In this document: positions 10,302 through 19,386 of the stretch, in pieces | How positions within the stretch are numbered: the first letter of the stretch is position 1 | Layout: every line of letters begins with the position of its first letter | Source of the DNA: an uncultured Nitrospiraceae bacterium | Lineage (GTDB): Bacteria; Nitrospirota; Thermodesulfovibrionia; Thermodesulfovibrionales; Dissulfurispiraceae | Reading direction: 5' to 3' | DNA: 64,000 nucleotides | NCBI GenBank assembly: GCA_963727805.1 | Contig: CAVSHF010000004.1 | Span: 45,132 to 109,131 of the forward strand | Made by a program: the position numbers and the translations under genes | The notes under the pieces: generated by a model | What the model was told of the DNA's origin: nothing | Database searches by the model: none | Seen by the model: only the letters and a program-made list of their open reading frames with translations

Positions 10302-11024
10302 TCAGGATTTTTTGGCTACAGCCACTATCGAAGTACCAATCGGCAATTTGATAAACCGTGACATGAATCTTTCACATTCGAAATATAACATCATCAGAAT
10401 ATTAAGAGCTTTGCTTATTTTAAAGTGATTGGCCACTTCCGTTTTCTTTCCCCTGCGTAGTTTCATTGGTAGATAAAGCATCATGAACATATATTCAATT
10501 GACATCGGCAGAAAAGACGCAGCGGTAAGACTTAAATTGAGATCGCTTGTCGAATAACGCCTTTTGTGAAATGCAATCTCGTCTATCCTGCTCCACAGCT
10601 CGTTTCGCGCGGGAACAGTGATAACCAGTATACCGTTTTTGTTGAGAACCCGACGGGCTTCAATCAGGATTTGTGTTTCGTCACTGAAATGCTCGAGAAC
10701 GTCAAACATGCCCACTATATCAAAGGAGTCATTAGCAAAGGGGAGAGTTGCTGCATCGCCTTGCACCTTGTCATACCCTGGCCATGCTTCATCAATAGCT
10801 TCCCTATAGAACTCACAACCCGTAACATGATAACCCTTTTGAGCAAGGAAGTTGCTGACATTGCCGGTGCCGCAGCCTATTTCGAGGACATTGGGTGCAG
10901 AATGCTCAAATCTGCGAATTCTGTCGGCTATCCACTTTCTGCGAATCTTAAACCAAAAGTAGTTTTTTTCCGCTTTCTTGAGCTGTTGAAAAAATGAAGG
11001 ATGAAATGTGCCATTGTGTTCCAT
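10302..11024 (-). CDS. Class I SAM-dependent methyltransferase
   Basis: VLEIGCGTG, DVLEH, TVPA, HKRRY. Confidence 0.85.
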   Translation of the reverse strand: MEHNGTFHPSFFQQLKKAEKNYFWFKIRRKWIADRIRRFEHSAPNVLEIGCGTGNVSNFLAQKGYHVTGCEFYREAIDEAWPGYDKVQGDAATLPFANDSFDIVGMFDVLEHFSDETQILIEARRVLNKNGILVITVPARNELWSRIDEIAFHKRRYSTSDLNLSLTAASFLPMSIEYMFMMLYLPMKLRRGKKTEVANHFKISKALNILMMLYFECERFMSRFIKLPIGTSIVAVAKKS

Positions 11025-11060
11025 ATATTTCTGTCACAAGATATATTTATACATGTCGTA

Positions 11061-11897
11061 TTATAGTTTGGGCACTTTCCCCAATCCCCAAAAGGTTTCT
11101 AGTTCATTTGATATTTCATTTGAGAAAAGATTAACTAATAAATCCCACAATTCAGACGATAATCTGCTCCATTCTTCACTGTGTGTTGGCATTGGATCAC
11201 CCAGTATCCCTTCGACTGATCGATATTGCATAGGCATGCCATAGATCTGGGAAGCATTCAATTGAAATGAATTGTTCGACTGAAATGTCTTCATTGCCGC
11301 TATTTTGGAAGCTGTAAAATATTTGTCACCGAGAATGTAATAGAGTAAAAGAAATTCTCTCCAATCTGCATGTCTACCGGGTTTTTGATTGAATCTATTC
11401 TCTATGATAGAAGAAGCTTTGTAAATACTTGTAACAAGGACGGGGCGAACCGTATCTTGTCCCTTACTATACTGTTCATTTACCATCCAATACCCAATTT
11501 CTCTTAAGGAACACTCCGCACTGCCATGACCACAAATAATTACGAGAGCGTCAAAAGGGGAATTCATGATTGAAGAGCAGACTGCTTGAGCATAAAGTCT
11601 GAATTCAGCGTCTTTAATTGATACTGTTCCATAATAATCGGCGTTAGATTGTGATGGGGTATAACTAATCGTAGGGAAGACATAACCAAAATACTTGTCC
11701 GAAAGCTGAACTGCTATCTGACGAGTTATTTTTTCTGAGATTAATGAATCTGTCTCAAGGGGAAGAAAGGGGCCATGCTGTTCCATGCATCCGACTGGAA
11801 GGTACGCAATGGTGTGTATCCTTTGTTTATTGGCACTGTCAATTGATTCGCGGAGTTCTTTTGTTGAAAAATTAATCATTACCGAAGATACTCCCAT
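11061..11897 (-). CDS. Creatininase-family amidohydrolase
   Basis: LPVGCMEQHGPFLPLETD, GHG, HAD-E. Confidence 0.75.
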   Translation of the reverse strand: MGVSSVMINFSTKELRESIDSANKQRIHTIAYLPVGCMEQHGPFLPLETDSLISEKITRQIAVQLSDKYFGYVFPTISYTPSQSNADYYGTVSIKDAEFRLYAQAVCSSIMNSPFDALVIICGHGSAECSLREIGYWMVNEQYSKGQDTVRPVLVTSIYKASSIIENRFNQKPGRHADWREFLLLYYILGDKYFTASKIAAMKTFQSNNSFQLNASQIYGMPMQYRSVEGILGDPMPTHSEEWSRLSSELWDLLVNLFSNEISNELETFWGLGKVPKL

Positions 11898-12438
11898 ATT
11901 CTTCTTTTAGTATCGCCATGTGCACGGTGTCATGAAATGTCCCATCAATTGAAACGTCCTGCCGATAAATACCTTCCTGCTTGAAGCCGAGATGTTCATA
12001 AAAAAGTCTTGCCTTCAGGTTAAAATCAAGAACATACAGGTAAAGCCTATTCAAATTTTGTTTATTGAAAGCATATTCAATAAGATGTTTAACTGCATCA
12101 CTTCCATAGCCATGGCCTCTTGTCCTATGGTCACCTATAAATATCCAGAGTTCTGCTTTTTGGTTAATAGGATCAATATTTCTCAGCCCACATTGACCGA
12201 TAAGCTTGCCTGTTCTGCTATTTTCTATCGAAAAAACTATCCGACTTTCATCGCATTGCAATTTATTATACCATTCAAGATGTGATGACCAGGTCGTTTT
12301 TTGTGAGCGATTGATGGATTTCAGAAGGTTCTTATTCTGCATCCATGAATAGAGAATGCTTAGATCTTTCTTTTGGACTTGCCGCAATATGACTTTACCA
12401 GATAGTGAAATCGGCTGTCGGCAATCACTTTTCTGCAT
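11872..12438 (-). CDS. GNAT N-acetyltransferase (RimJ/PseH-like)
   Basis: RGHGYGSDA acetyl-CoA motif, LNRLYL-V---N--A--FYE-LGF. Confidence 0.85.
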   Translation of the reverse strand: MQKSDCRQPISLSGKVILRQVQKKDLSILYSWMQNKNLLKSINRSQKTTWSSHLEWYNKLQCDESRIVFSIENSRTGKLIGQCGLRNIDPINQKAELWIFIGDHRTRGHGYGSDAVKHLIEYAFNKQNLNRLYLYVLDFNLKARLFYEHLGFKQEGIYRQDVSIDGTFHDTVHMAILKEEYGSIFGND

Positions 12439-13258
12439 AGATTATCAAATACTTGAACAGGTGCCTTGAAAGGGGCAGGATTTCTTGAAGGTATTTATGC
12501 AAGGAAATCAATGTCTCTTCGTTTCCTTCATGTATTGCTTTTGCTTCGCCCAAGAACCATTCATATTTAATATCAACTTTGGTAAAGCCAGCATCATGTA
12601 ACCTCTCTCTTAGATACTCTTCTTTAAAACCATTTTCATCATGTTTGAGGTGTTCAGCAAGTCTAATAATATTCCTGTCAATACCAAACTGTGCTTCTAA
12701 TTCTTTATCTTTATTTAATACCGCATCTATTTCTCTTTTAACAATTTCGGAGTATTCGCTGTTGGGGACGAGACTGGAAATCGCTTCCCAAAAATAAAAG
12801 TTAGGATCAAGATCTGAATAAAATACCCCACCTTTTTTAAGAATCCGGTGAATCTCCTTAAAAGTAGGTTCAAGGCTGTCGAGATGATGCAAAACTGCGT
12901 AAGCAGTGCAAACATCAAAATAATTGTCTGTAAAAGGTAAATGATCGGATTCAGCCAGTTGGACCTGAATATCGTGCGTCTCATGAGTAGTGTCAATTCG
13001 ATCCAGCATTACCTGGGTAACATCAACTCCCCTAACGACTGGGAAATAATGCTTTGCTATGTCTATGATAAACCCCATACCGCAACCCACGTCGAGAAGA
13101 CTGTTGCCGTTGGTTCTTTTATGAAGATTCGAAAGGATATTTCGCACTCGAAGAATATTTTCCGCCTTATAGTGAGGCTCCGTCTCTTTATACTTATCGG
13201 CTATGGCAGAATGCAGTTGGATATTTGCTTGAATTACTTCTTTCTTGTCATGTTTCAT
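12425..13258 (-). CDS. Class I SAM-dependent methyltransferase
   Basis: LLDVGCGMG, LPF-DNYFD, VLHHL, ILKKGG. Confidence 0.85.
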   Translation of the reverse strand: MKHDKKEVIQANIQLHSAIADKYKETEPHYKAENILRVRNILSNLHKRTNGNSLLDVGCGMGFIIDIAKHYFPVVRGVDVTQVMLDRIDTTHETHDIQVQLAESDHLPFTDNYFDVCTAYAVLHHLDSLEPTFKEIHRILKKGGVFYSDLDPNFYFWEAISSLVPNSEYSEIVKREIDAVLNKDKELEAQFGIDRNIIRLAEHLKHDENGFKEEYLRERLHDAGFTKVDIKYEWFLGEAKAIHEGNEETLISLHKYLQEILPLSRHLFKYLIIYAEK

Positions 13259-14184
13259 TTGGTTTTCTCTTTTTCCGGGTAAAAGAATTCCGAACGTCCG
13301 GCCTGCCAGTCCTTACATTTACTGCATAAGTCATGCGTAAAATCACCACGCCAGTGCCGTTCTCTGCGGAAGGACAGTTCACCTTCCCAAATCTCCTTTA
13401 TAGACTGTGTTGTCACGGTTCCGGGACTATAATTACCTTCAAAGTCGGCATCGCATTGTGCAAGCTTGCCAGACCAATGTATGGAGACAGTCCTGTTTAA
13501 CCACGGACATGGGAAATCTCTTTCGCTATCAGGAAGATTTAAGTTCTCAGCCTGAACGCCGGTACCCCAACCAAGTTTAGGCCGTATTTTTACTGTAGCT
13601 CCCTGAGCAAGCCAACAATTCTTGAATTGTTCCACCTCGTGTTCATTTTCATCCATGACTATGAACTGCAATATCACCGATGGCCGTAAGAGGTTCTTCT
13701 GTTTCTTTGACGCAAGAAGATGTTCAATATTTTTAACCGTTTCGTGAAAATCTCCGCCAATACGTATTTTATTATATGTTGCCTCGGTGAATGCATCTAA
13801 ACCCACGATTATTTCATCAAGCTCCGAGGAAATCAATTTATCTGACATTTGCGCATCGAGATATCGTGCATTCGTGTTTAGTATAACCTTTTGAATCCCT
13901 TGCCTTTTTGCGTATGTTATCATTGCAACAATCTTATCACCGAGCATTAGTGATTCGCCCATGAGAGCAAGCCAGAGCCTGCTTGATGGGCTTTCCTGCG
14001 CAATTTCATCTACGATTTTTTTGAAAACGTCAAAATCCATCTCACCACGCTGTCTTTTAAGCGTCGGTTGGGGACACATAATACATCTCAAGTTACAATA
14101 CGCTATTGTTTCAACAACTATATCGACGGGGAATGGATGTTTTACAAGGGTTCTTTTGACTTCATCTATTCTTAGTTTCCTCAT
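13255..14184 (-). CDS. Radical SAM/SPASM(Twitch)-domain protein
   Basis: CNLRCIMC (CxxxCxxC); C-terminal CPW...C...CSKC; start 14184 follows a GAGGAG RBS. Confidence 0.88.
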   Translation of the reverse strand: MRKLRIDEVKRTLVKHPFPVDIVVETIAYCNLRCIMCPQPTLKRQRGEMDFDVFKKIVDEIAQESPSSRLWLALMGESLMLGDKIVAMITYAKRQGIQKVILNTNARYLDAQMSDKLISSELDEIIVGLDAFTEATYNKIRIGGDFHETVKNIEHLLASKKQKNLLRPSVILQFIVMDENEHEVEQFKNCWLAQGATVKIRPKLGWGTGVQAENLNLPDSERDFPCPWLNRTVSIHWSGKLAQCDADFEGNYSPGTVTTQSIKEIWEGELSFRRERHWRGDFTHDLCSKCKDWQAGRSEFFYPEKEKTK

Positions 14185-15127
14185 ATATCTCCTCTTGTGG
14201 ATGAATGTTGATCTTTTCATCAATTAAAAAAAGCGGTCTGTTCAAAACTTCCTGGTATATCCTGTACATATTGTCCCCTAATATCCCCAGTGATAGTAAA
14301 ATTGCGCCGCCAATAAAAAAAATTGATACCATAATGCTTGTATATCCCGACACGTCTATTCCATAAAGCAGTTTTTTGATTATCAGTATAACTGCAATGA
14401 AAAAACTTAGTATTGCTATTAAGAATCCGGAGTAAACCATCAAAGCTATTGGAATTTTGGTATAGGTTGAAAGAGAATCCACTGCCATCCGACATAGCTT
14501 AATAAAAGAGTAATGTGTTTTACCTTTCAATCTGCTGTGCTTATTAACTGAGAGGAAGGAGCATTTAAAGCCGATAGATGTCATGAGCGGCCCGTATAAG
14601 ATTTTCCTTTCATGATATCTGTTTAAACTCTTGAGTACTTTTCTGTTAAATAATCTCAGTGTGCCTATGTTGCTGGGGACTTTAGCCCCCGAGATTTTTG
14701 AAAATACAAAATGGTACACCAACGAGTATATTTTTCTCAGGAGAGATCTTTCTTTGTTCAATATCTGTGTGAACACTATATCGTAGCCTTGTCCAATTCT
14801 TTCGTATAAAGCGGTGATATCAGCAGGATCATCCTGAAGATCAGCATCCATTAAAATTATATAGTTCCCCTTGGCGTAGTTAAAGGCAGCACTTATAGCC
14901 GGATGCTGACCAAAGTTTCTTGAAAACCTGATAACTTTCACTGCTTTATTCTTTGCTGCGATGTCTTTAAGGAGACTGAAAGAATCGTCTGAGCTGCCGT
15001 CATCAACAAAAATGATCTCATATCCCGCAATCTTTTCTAAGGATACGATGAGACGGTCATAAAGTTCCGGGATATTTTCTTCTTCGTTGTATATCGGAAT
15101 AACAACTGAGAGTTCGGGATTAACCAT
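14162..15127 (-). CDS. GT2 polyprenol-phosphate glycosyltransferase (ArnC/GtrB-like)
   Basis: SVVIPIYNEEENI, DDGSSD, RNFGQ, MDADLQD, two C-terminal TM helices. Confidence 0.88.
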   Translation of the reverse strand: MVNPELSVVIPIYNEEENIPELYDRLIVSLEKIAGYEIIFVDDGSSDDSFSLLKDIAAKNKAVKVIRFSRNFGQHPAISAAFNYAKGNYIILMDADLQDDPADITALYERIGQGYDIVFTQILNKERSLLRKIYSLVYHFVFSKISGAKVPSNIGTLRLFNRKVLKSLNRYHERKILYGPLMTSIGFKCSFLSVNKHSRLKGKTHYSFIKLCRMAVDSLSTYTKIPIALMVYSGFLIAILSFFIAVILIIKKLLYGIDVSGYTSIMVSIFFIGGAILLSLGILGDNMYRIYQEVLNRPLFLIDEKINIHPQEEIYEETKNR

Positions 15128-16250
15128 TTATAACCTCTCTGACTACCTCCATAACACGCACTATTTCTTTATCCTCCAACTTTGGATAAAGAGGTAATGA
15201 GATGGTTCTTTTCCCGATATTTTCCGCAATTGGGAAGAGGCCATCCTTATGGCCAAAGGTTTTCCTGTAGTATTGTAACAAATGTATGGGTCTATAGTTA
15301 ACTGCTACTCCGATGCCTCTTTCTTGCAAAGCCCAGAGGATAGTATCCCTTTTATCAGAATCAACAAGGATGGTGAACAGGTGTCTGGCATGTTTTGAGT
15401 TTGGGACAGTATCCAGTATTTTTATTCCTTTCATAGTTTTCAGTTGCTCTTCGTACAGGTTCCAAAGGTAGTCACGTCTTGCCCAAAGATTTTCAATTCG
15501 TTCTAATTGGCCGATAAGAAGGGATGCCTGGATATTATCCATGTTGTATTTCCACCCGAGGATTGGCATGTCCCAGTGCTGATAACGCTTTGTATATCGA
15601 TCAGCCGCTGATTTATCGATCCCATGGCTTCGCAGCATCCTTAGTAAATCTGCCTTTTCTGAATCGTTCGTGACGATTGCGCCACCCTCTCCGGAGGTGA
15701 TATTCTTTGTTGCATAGAAACTGAAACAGGCAGCATGCCCCAGCTGCCCCGGTTTAATACCGTCCCTACATCCTTCAATACAATGGGCAGCGTCCTCGAT
15801 AACGATCAGTTTGTGCTTCTGGGCGATAGTGTGAATCTTGCGCATATCACACATTTGACCATAAAGATGCACTGGTAAAATGGCTTTTGTTTTTTTGTTT
15901 ATTGCAGGCTCGATCAGGTCGGCATTAATGTTCCCGGTCTCTTCCTCCACATCGACAAAAACAGGTACTGCACCAGCATGAAGAATAGCATTAGACGTAG
16001 CACAAAAGCTCATCGGTGTTGTAATGACTTCATCTCCGAAGCCAATGCCCCAGGCAAGCAAGGAAAGATGAAGGGCGGCGGTGCAACTTGTAATGCCCAC
16101 TCCGTGTTCGCTCGAGAGATACTCGGATAATGCATTTTCAAATCTGCTCACACTATCGCCTGTCGTCAAAAAAATAGACTGCAGGACATCGGTCGCATTA
16201 TCGATGTCTATTTTTTCAATGTTGTGTTTAAAAAACTGTATATGATCCAT
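15120..16250 (-). CDS. DegT/DnrJ/ArnB-family sugar aminotransferase
   Basis: PVHLYG, EDAAH, FSFYATKNITSGEGG, SLPLYP. Confidence 0.92.
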   Translation of the reverse strand: MDHIQFFKHNIEKIDIDNATDVLQSIFLTTGDSVSRFENALSEYLSSEHGVGITSCTAALHLSLLAWGIGFGDEVITTPMSFCATSNAILHAGAVPVFVDVEEETGNINADLIEPAINKKTKAILPVHLYGQMCDMRKIHTIAQKHKLIVIEDAAHCIEGCRDGIKPGQLGHAACFSFYATKNITSGEGGAIVTNDSEKADLLRMLRSHGIDKSAADRYTKRYQHWDMPILGWKYNMDNIQASLLIGQLERIENLWARRDYLWNLYEEQLKTMKGIKILDTVPNSKHARHLFTILVDSDKRDTILWALQERGIGVAVNYRPIHLLQYYRKTFGHKDGLFPIAENIGKRTISLPLYPKLEDKEIVRVMEVVREVING

Positions 16251-16254
16251 TATT

Positions 16255-18078
16255 TCATTTCTCTATTTTCTTTTTTGGTGATATTGGATTCTTGACTTTG
16301 AACTCGCCCTCCAATATTTTGATGTTGAACCGCATCATTTGCAAGTCACTTTCTTTAAATGCATAAGAATCTCTAACGTTATCATGGTAAAAGGAAGCTA
16401 TTTCGTTGAGTTCATGCGGACCGGCAGTAAAGGCATACATTGTAAATAAATGCATGAGTACCGAGGGATCGTCAATATCATGAAAACGCGAAGGGCTTAA
16501 ATCGATCGAGTTAAACTGCGAGTTGTGTTCCTCATAAAAGGATTTAAGTACTATGACGGCCGCTATTTTGTCAAAATAGGCAAGCTTCCATTGAGGGGAG
16601 TGTAAAAACAATGATATGATCTTTTGTTCTTTGAGATTAATAAGAGCAGCTTTAAAACCGTACTTCGCAGTCAAGTTATCTAATGCTTCAGGCGTCAACC
16701 CTGACTTTAGCTCAAACCAATCTCTCACAACTCCGTTGACATATGGACCATAACGGGGATCAATAAAAACTTTATATTCCGGGTAGAGGCTCCAGATCAT
16801 ATACCCGCCTGTCAAATAATCATTAAATAAAGGACCAGGCACCTTATGTTCTTTGATAAAAGCGATTTCTTTTTCAGGGACCGAATCCATTATATTTGTA
16901 CCGAGCCATGAGAGCCTTGGGAAATAGGTTGTAAAATACATATCTGAAGCTACAAAGTAGACTAGCAGGATAAGTGCAATCCATTTGAGCAATCGCTGTG
17001 GAACAATCAATGTTCTGATACTCCGATATAGGTAAGGCATTGAGAAAAGCCAGATGAGAGGGAAATAATACCTGGAACGACCTGCCATCATGCTCAAAGT
17101 AAAAAAAAGGAAATTTATGATTATTATCGTGGGATCGACCTTTTTAGTCTTTACGTAAACATAAGCATTTACGAGGACGAATATCGTAATCATAATAATC
17201 ATAAACCATGCTATCTGGATAGGTCTTATTGAGAATCCGGGTGGGAAAAGCTGGATCCAGAGGCTATCAAAAGCTTGAATGTAGCCGACCGTATAATGCA
17301 TATAGTCCGAAAAAAATAAGTCTTTCAACAGACCGAGATGGTAATAGATACCATAAGGATTTACGAGCAGAGCGATGTAAGATAAAATAATACTGAACCC
17401 GAAGGACTTTAAAAGATTAACGGGTAGGGGGCTCTTTCGTAAAATGGCATAATCGAGTAGTTCAAGCATGAAAACGGAAGTAATAAATAGTATGCCAAAG
17501 ATGAAGACGCCGTGAATGTTTACCCAAAGCAGAAATAGAGGAGGATAAAGATAAAACAGATGCCTTGAGGAAGTCTTGGAGTAAATAAAGATAAAAACAA
17601 CCAGCGCAAAAAAGAATACTGAAAAAAGTTCAGTTTTGACAGATGCTTGATATATGGCATAAGAAACCAGGAATAAAGATAAAATATGCAGACTGTTAAA
17701 GTCATCACCGATGGTTTTCAGATAATAGAGATATAAAGAATAAATCGCCAATAGGCTTATGATTTGCATTGAGTATAAACCTGCAAATGAAAATACAGTG
17801 AAGATAAGATACATCAGGACGTCGCCAAGCCATGATACATACTGCCAGTCGGAGACGGTTTGTGACCAAGAGAATATTGAATGATCTATAATCCACGTAT
17901 GATGCTGGACAAAGTATTCACCGTACTTCAGATGCCACCATATATCATAATCATCATAAACATCGGGATAACATATCATGACAATCATAACGAGCATCAC
18001 CATGAGTAGGATACATTTTAAAATATATTTCTTATTCAGCAAGCTGGCTGTTTCCATGGGATAAAGATCTTCCTTCAT
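16255..18078 (-). CDS. Polytopic membrane protein, probable GT-C-type glycosyltransferase
   Basis: Many TM segments; acidic DDYDIWWHL motif after TM1; LWVNIHG; soluble C-terminal domain with FNDY--GGY--W and VFIDPR. Confidence 0.55.
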   Translation of the reverse strand: MKEDLYPMETASLLNKKYILKCILLMVMLVMIVMICYPDVYDDYDIWWHLKYGEYFVQHHTWIIDHSIFSWSQTVSDWQYVSWLGDVLMYLIFTVFSFAGLYSMQIISLLAIYSLYLYYLKTIGDDFNSLHILSLFLVSYAIYQASVKTELFSVFFFALVVFIFIYSKTSSRHLFYLYPPLFLLWVNIHGVFIFGILFITSVFMLELLDYAILRKSPLPVNLLKSFGFSIILSYIALLVNPYGIYYHLGLLKDLFFSDYMHYTVGYIQAFDSLWIQLFPPGFSIRPIQIAWFMIIMITIFVLVNAYVYVKTKKVDPTIIIINFLFFTLSMMAGRSRYYFPLIWLFSMPYLYRSIRTLIVPQRLLKWIALILLVYFVASDMYFTTYFPRLSWLGTNIMDSVPEKEIAFIKEHKVPGPLFNDYLTGGYMIWSLYPEYKVFIDPRYGPYVNGVVRDWFELKSGLTPEALDNLTAKYGFKAALINLKEQKIISLFLHSPQWKLAYFDKIAAVIVLKSFYEEHNSQFNSIDLSPSRFHDIDDPSVLMHLFTMYAFTAGPHELNEIASFYHDNVRDSYAFKESDLQMMRFNIKILEGEFKVKNPISPKKKIEK

Positions 18079-18174
18079 TCGGGATCCTCATGCAGGATAT
18101 TTACCAAAGACTGCGACAAAGGGTCTCCGCTCCGCGAGCTCCGAGCCGTGGATTCCATCACCGCAGGGATCCCG

Positions 18175-18600
18175 TGTATTGCCTCAGACGGAAATGGATT
18201 TTCATGCGCATGAGTTAAGGGAGAGCAATGCTCTCCTGAGCTGTGATATCCTGACGTATTTTTACCGCTCTGAGCTGTCTGACCGCATCCAGTTTTTGAT
18301 CCCGTGCTTTGAATATCTTTTTCTCCCTGTCTGTGAGTTTTTCAGCGGTAATGATTAGCCAAATGACGCTATGAAGCCGGACCGCATTGTGATGATCGTT
18401 GTAATCTGCCATAATCTTTCCGCCATCGTCAAGACACAGAAGCGTTTTCGAGCGGATGCAATCTGCCCCAATCGTTTTATGGCACCGTTCGAGCTGTTCG
18501 TGTAATTATGGATAATATTGCGAAGTCTTTGCATTCCCTGTTTGAGATAGTTCATCTCATCTAAACGAAAAGTCCATTTCAAGCTGGACTGAAACACCCG
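18175..18600 (-). pseudogene. Degenerate IS (IS3/IS481-type integrase core) 3' remnant
   Basis: Frameshifted fragments SNGAIKR... and YNDHHNAVRLHSVIWLIITAEKLTDREKKIFKARDQKL resemble a DDE transposase C-terminus; possible end TGTATTGCCTCAG at 18175. Confidence 0.55.
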
Positions 18601-18669
18601 CAGGACGCTGCGGGGAATGCACTTGAGTCTATAGGTTTAGATTTTGAGAAGTTCGTTCGTCATTTAGAA

Positions 18670-18702
18670 ACAAGAAAGGAGGGTAAAACCCTCCTTTCTT
18701 GT
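18670..18702 (-). terminator. Rho-independent terminator after pilin gene
   Basis: Perfect 15-bp stem ACAAGAAAGGAGGGT/ACCCTCCTTTCTTGT, 24 bp after the pilA stop. Confidence 0.8.
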
Positions 18703-18726
18703 CCGAAGCTAAAAGTACGGTCAGAA

Positions 18727-19089
18727 TTAATTACAGGTGAATGACGAGTTAGTGTAAGAGCAAGTTGCCGTTCCGTTGTTAACTTTCACAGCTACTGCAT
18801 TGCCAAATACAACATTGCCATTGTTATCGAGAGCCAGTGTTTGGTCAGTACCATTACAAGGAAGCTGATCATTTACATTGCCATCGTTTGCATAGGTTGC
18901 AACAAGTTCACTCGCGCAGATGGTCAAGCCAGATACTGCGTTGGAAGCAACAGCCTTTTGCCTGTACTGTGAATACTGAGGAATTGCGATCGCTGCCAGA
19001 ATGGCGATAATGGCAATGACGATTAGCAGTTCGATTAAGGTGAAACCTCTTTGGTCTTTCTTCTTCATCATATCCAGAGTCTTAAACAT
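18727..19089 (-). CDS. pilA: Type IVa major pilin
   Basis: Class III signal QRG|FTLIELLIVIAIIAILAAIAIPQY; divergent from pilSR. Confidence 0.92.
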   Translation of the reverse strand: MFKTLDMMKKKDQRGFTLIELLIVIAIIAILAAIAIPQYSQYRQKAVASNAVSGLTICASELVATYANDGNVNDQLPCNGTDQTLALDNNGNVVFGNAVAVKVNNGTATCSYTNSSFTCN

Positions 19090-19154
19090 GTTGTGTCTCC
19101 TCGTGCTGAGATATTCTTGCCGCCGAGGGCGGCTGGTTATTTTACATTTACTAA

Positions 19155-19170
19155 TGCAAATGCCATGCCA
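19155..19170 (-). promoter_or_regulatory. Sigma-54 (-24/-12) promoter of pilA
   Basis: Minus strand TGGCATGGCATTTGCA fits TGGCAC-N5-TTGCW; PilR (sigma-54 activator) encoded next door. Confidence 0.8.
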
Positions 19171-19386
19171 CTAAATATTGAGCGAGTAATAACTGCAAAT
19201 AATTCTCCCGATGCTCATTTATAGGCTAGGCTACTTAACTAAAACCATGGGGAAACAATGAGATATCTGAAAAGAGTGCCAGAGGACAATAATATCTGGC
19301 AACAAAAAAAAATGAGTTATCATTTCGACATGACGTTAATTGTCAGCGAGATTGACAAAAAACGGCAATAAATTATTTAATTCAAT

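Noticed and set aside
18727..19089. Electrically conductive (e-pilin) type
   Set aside because: Mature pilin is 105 aa with only 7 aromatic residues and long aromatic-free gaps, unlike short aromatic-dense Geobacter-type pilins
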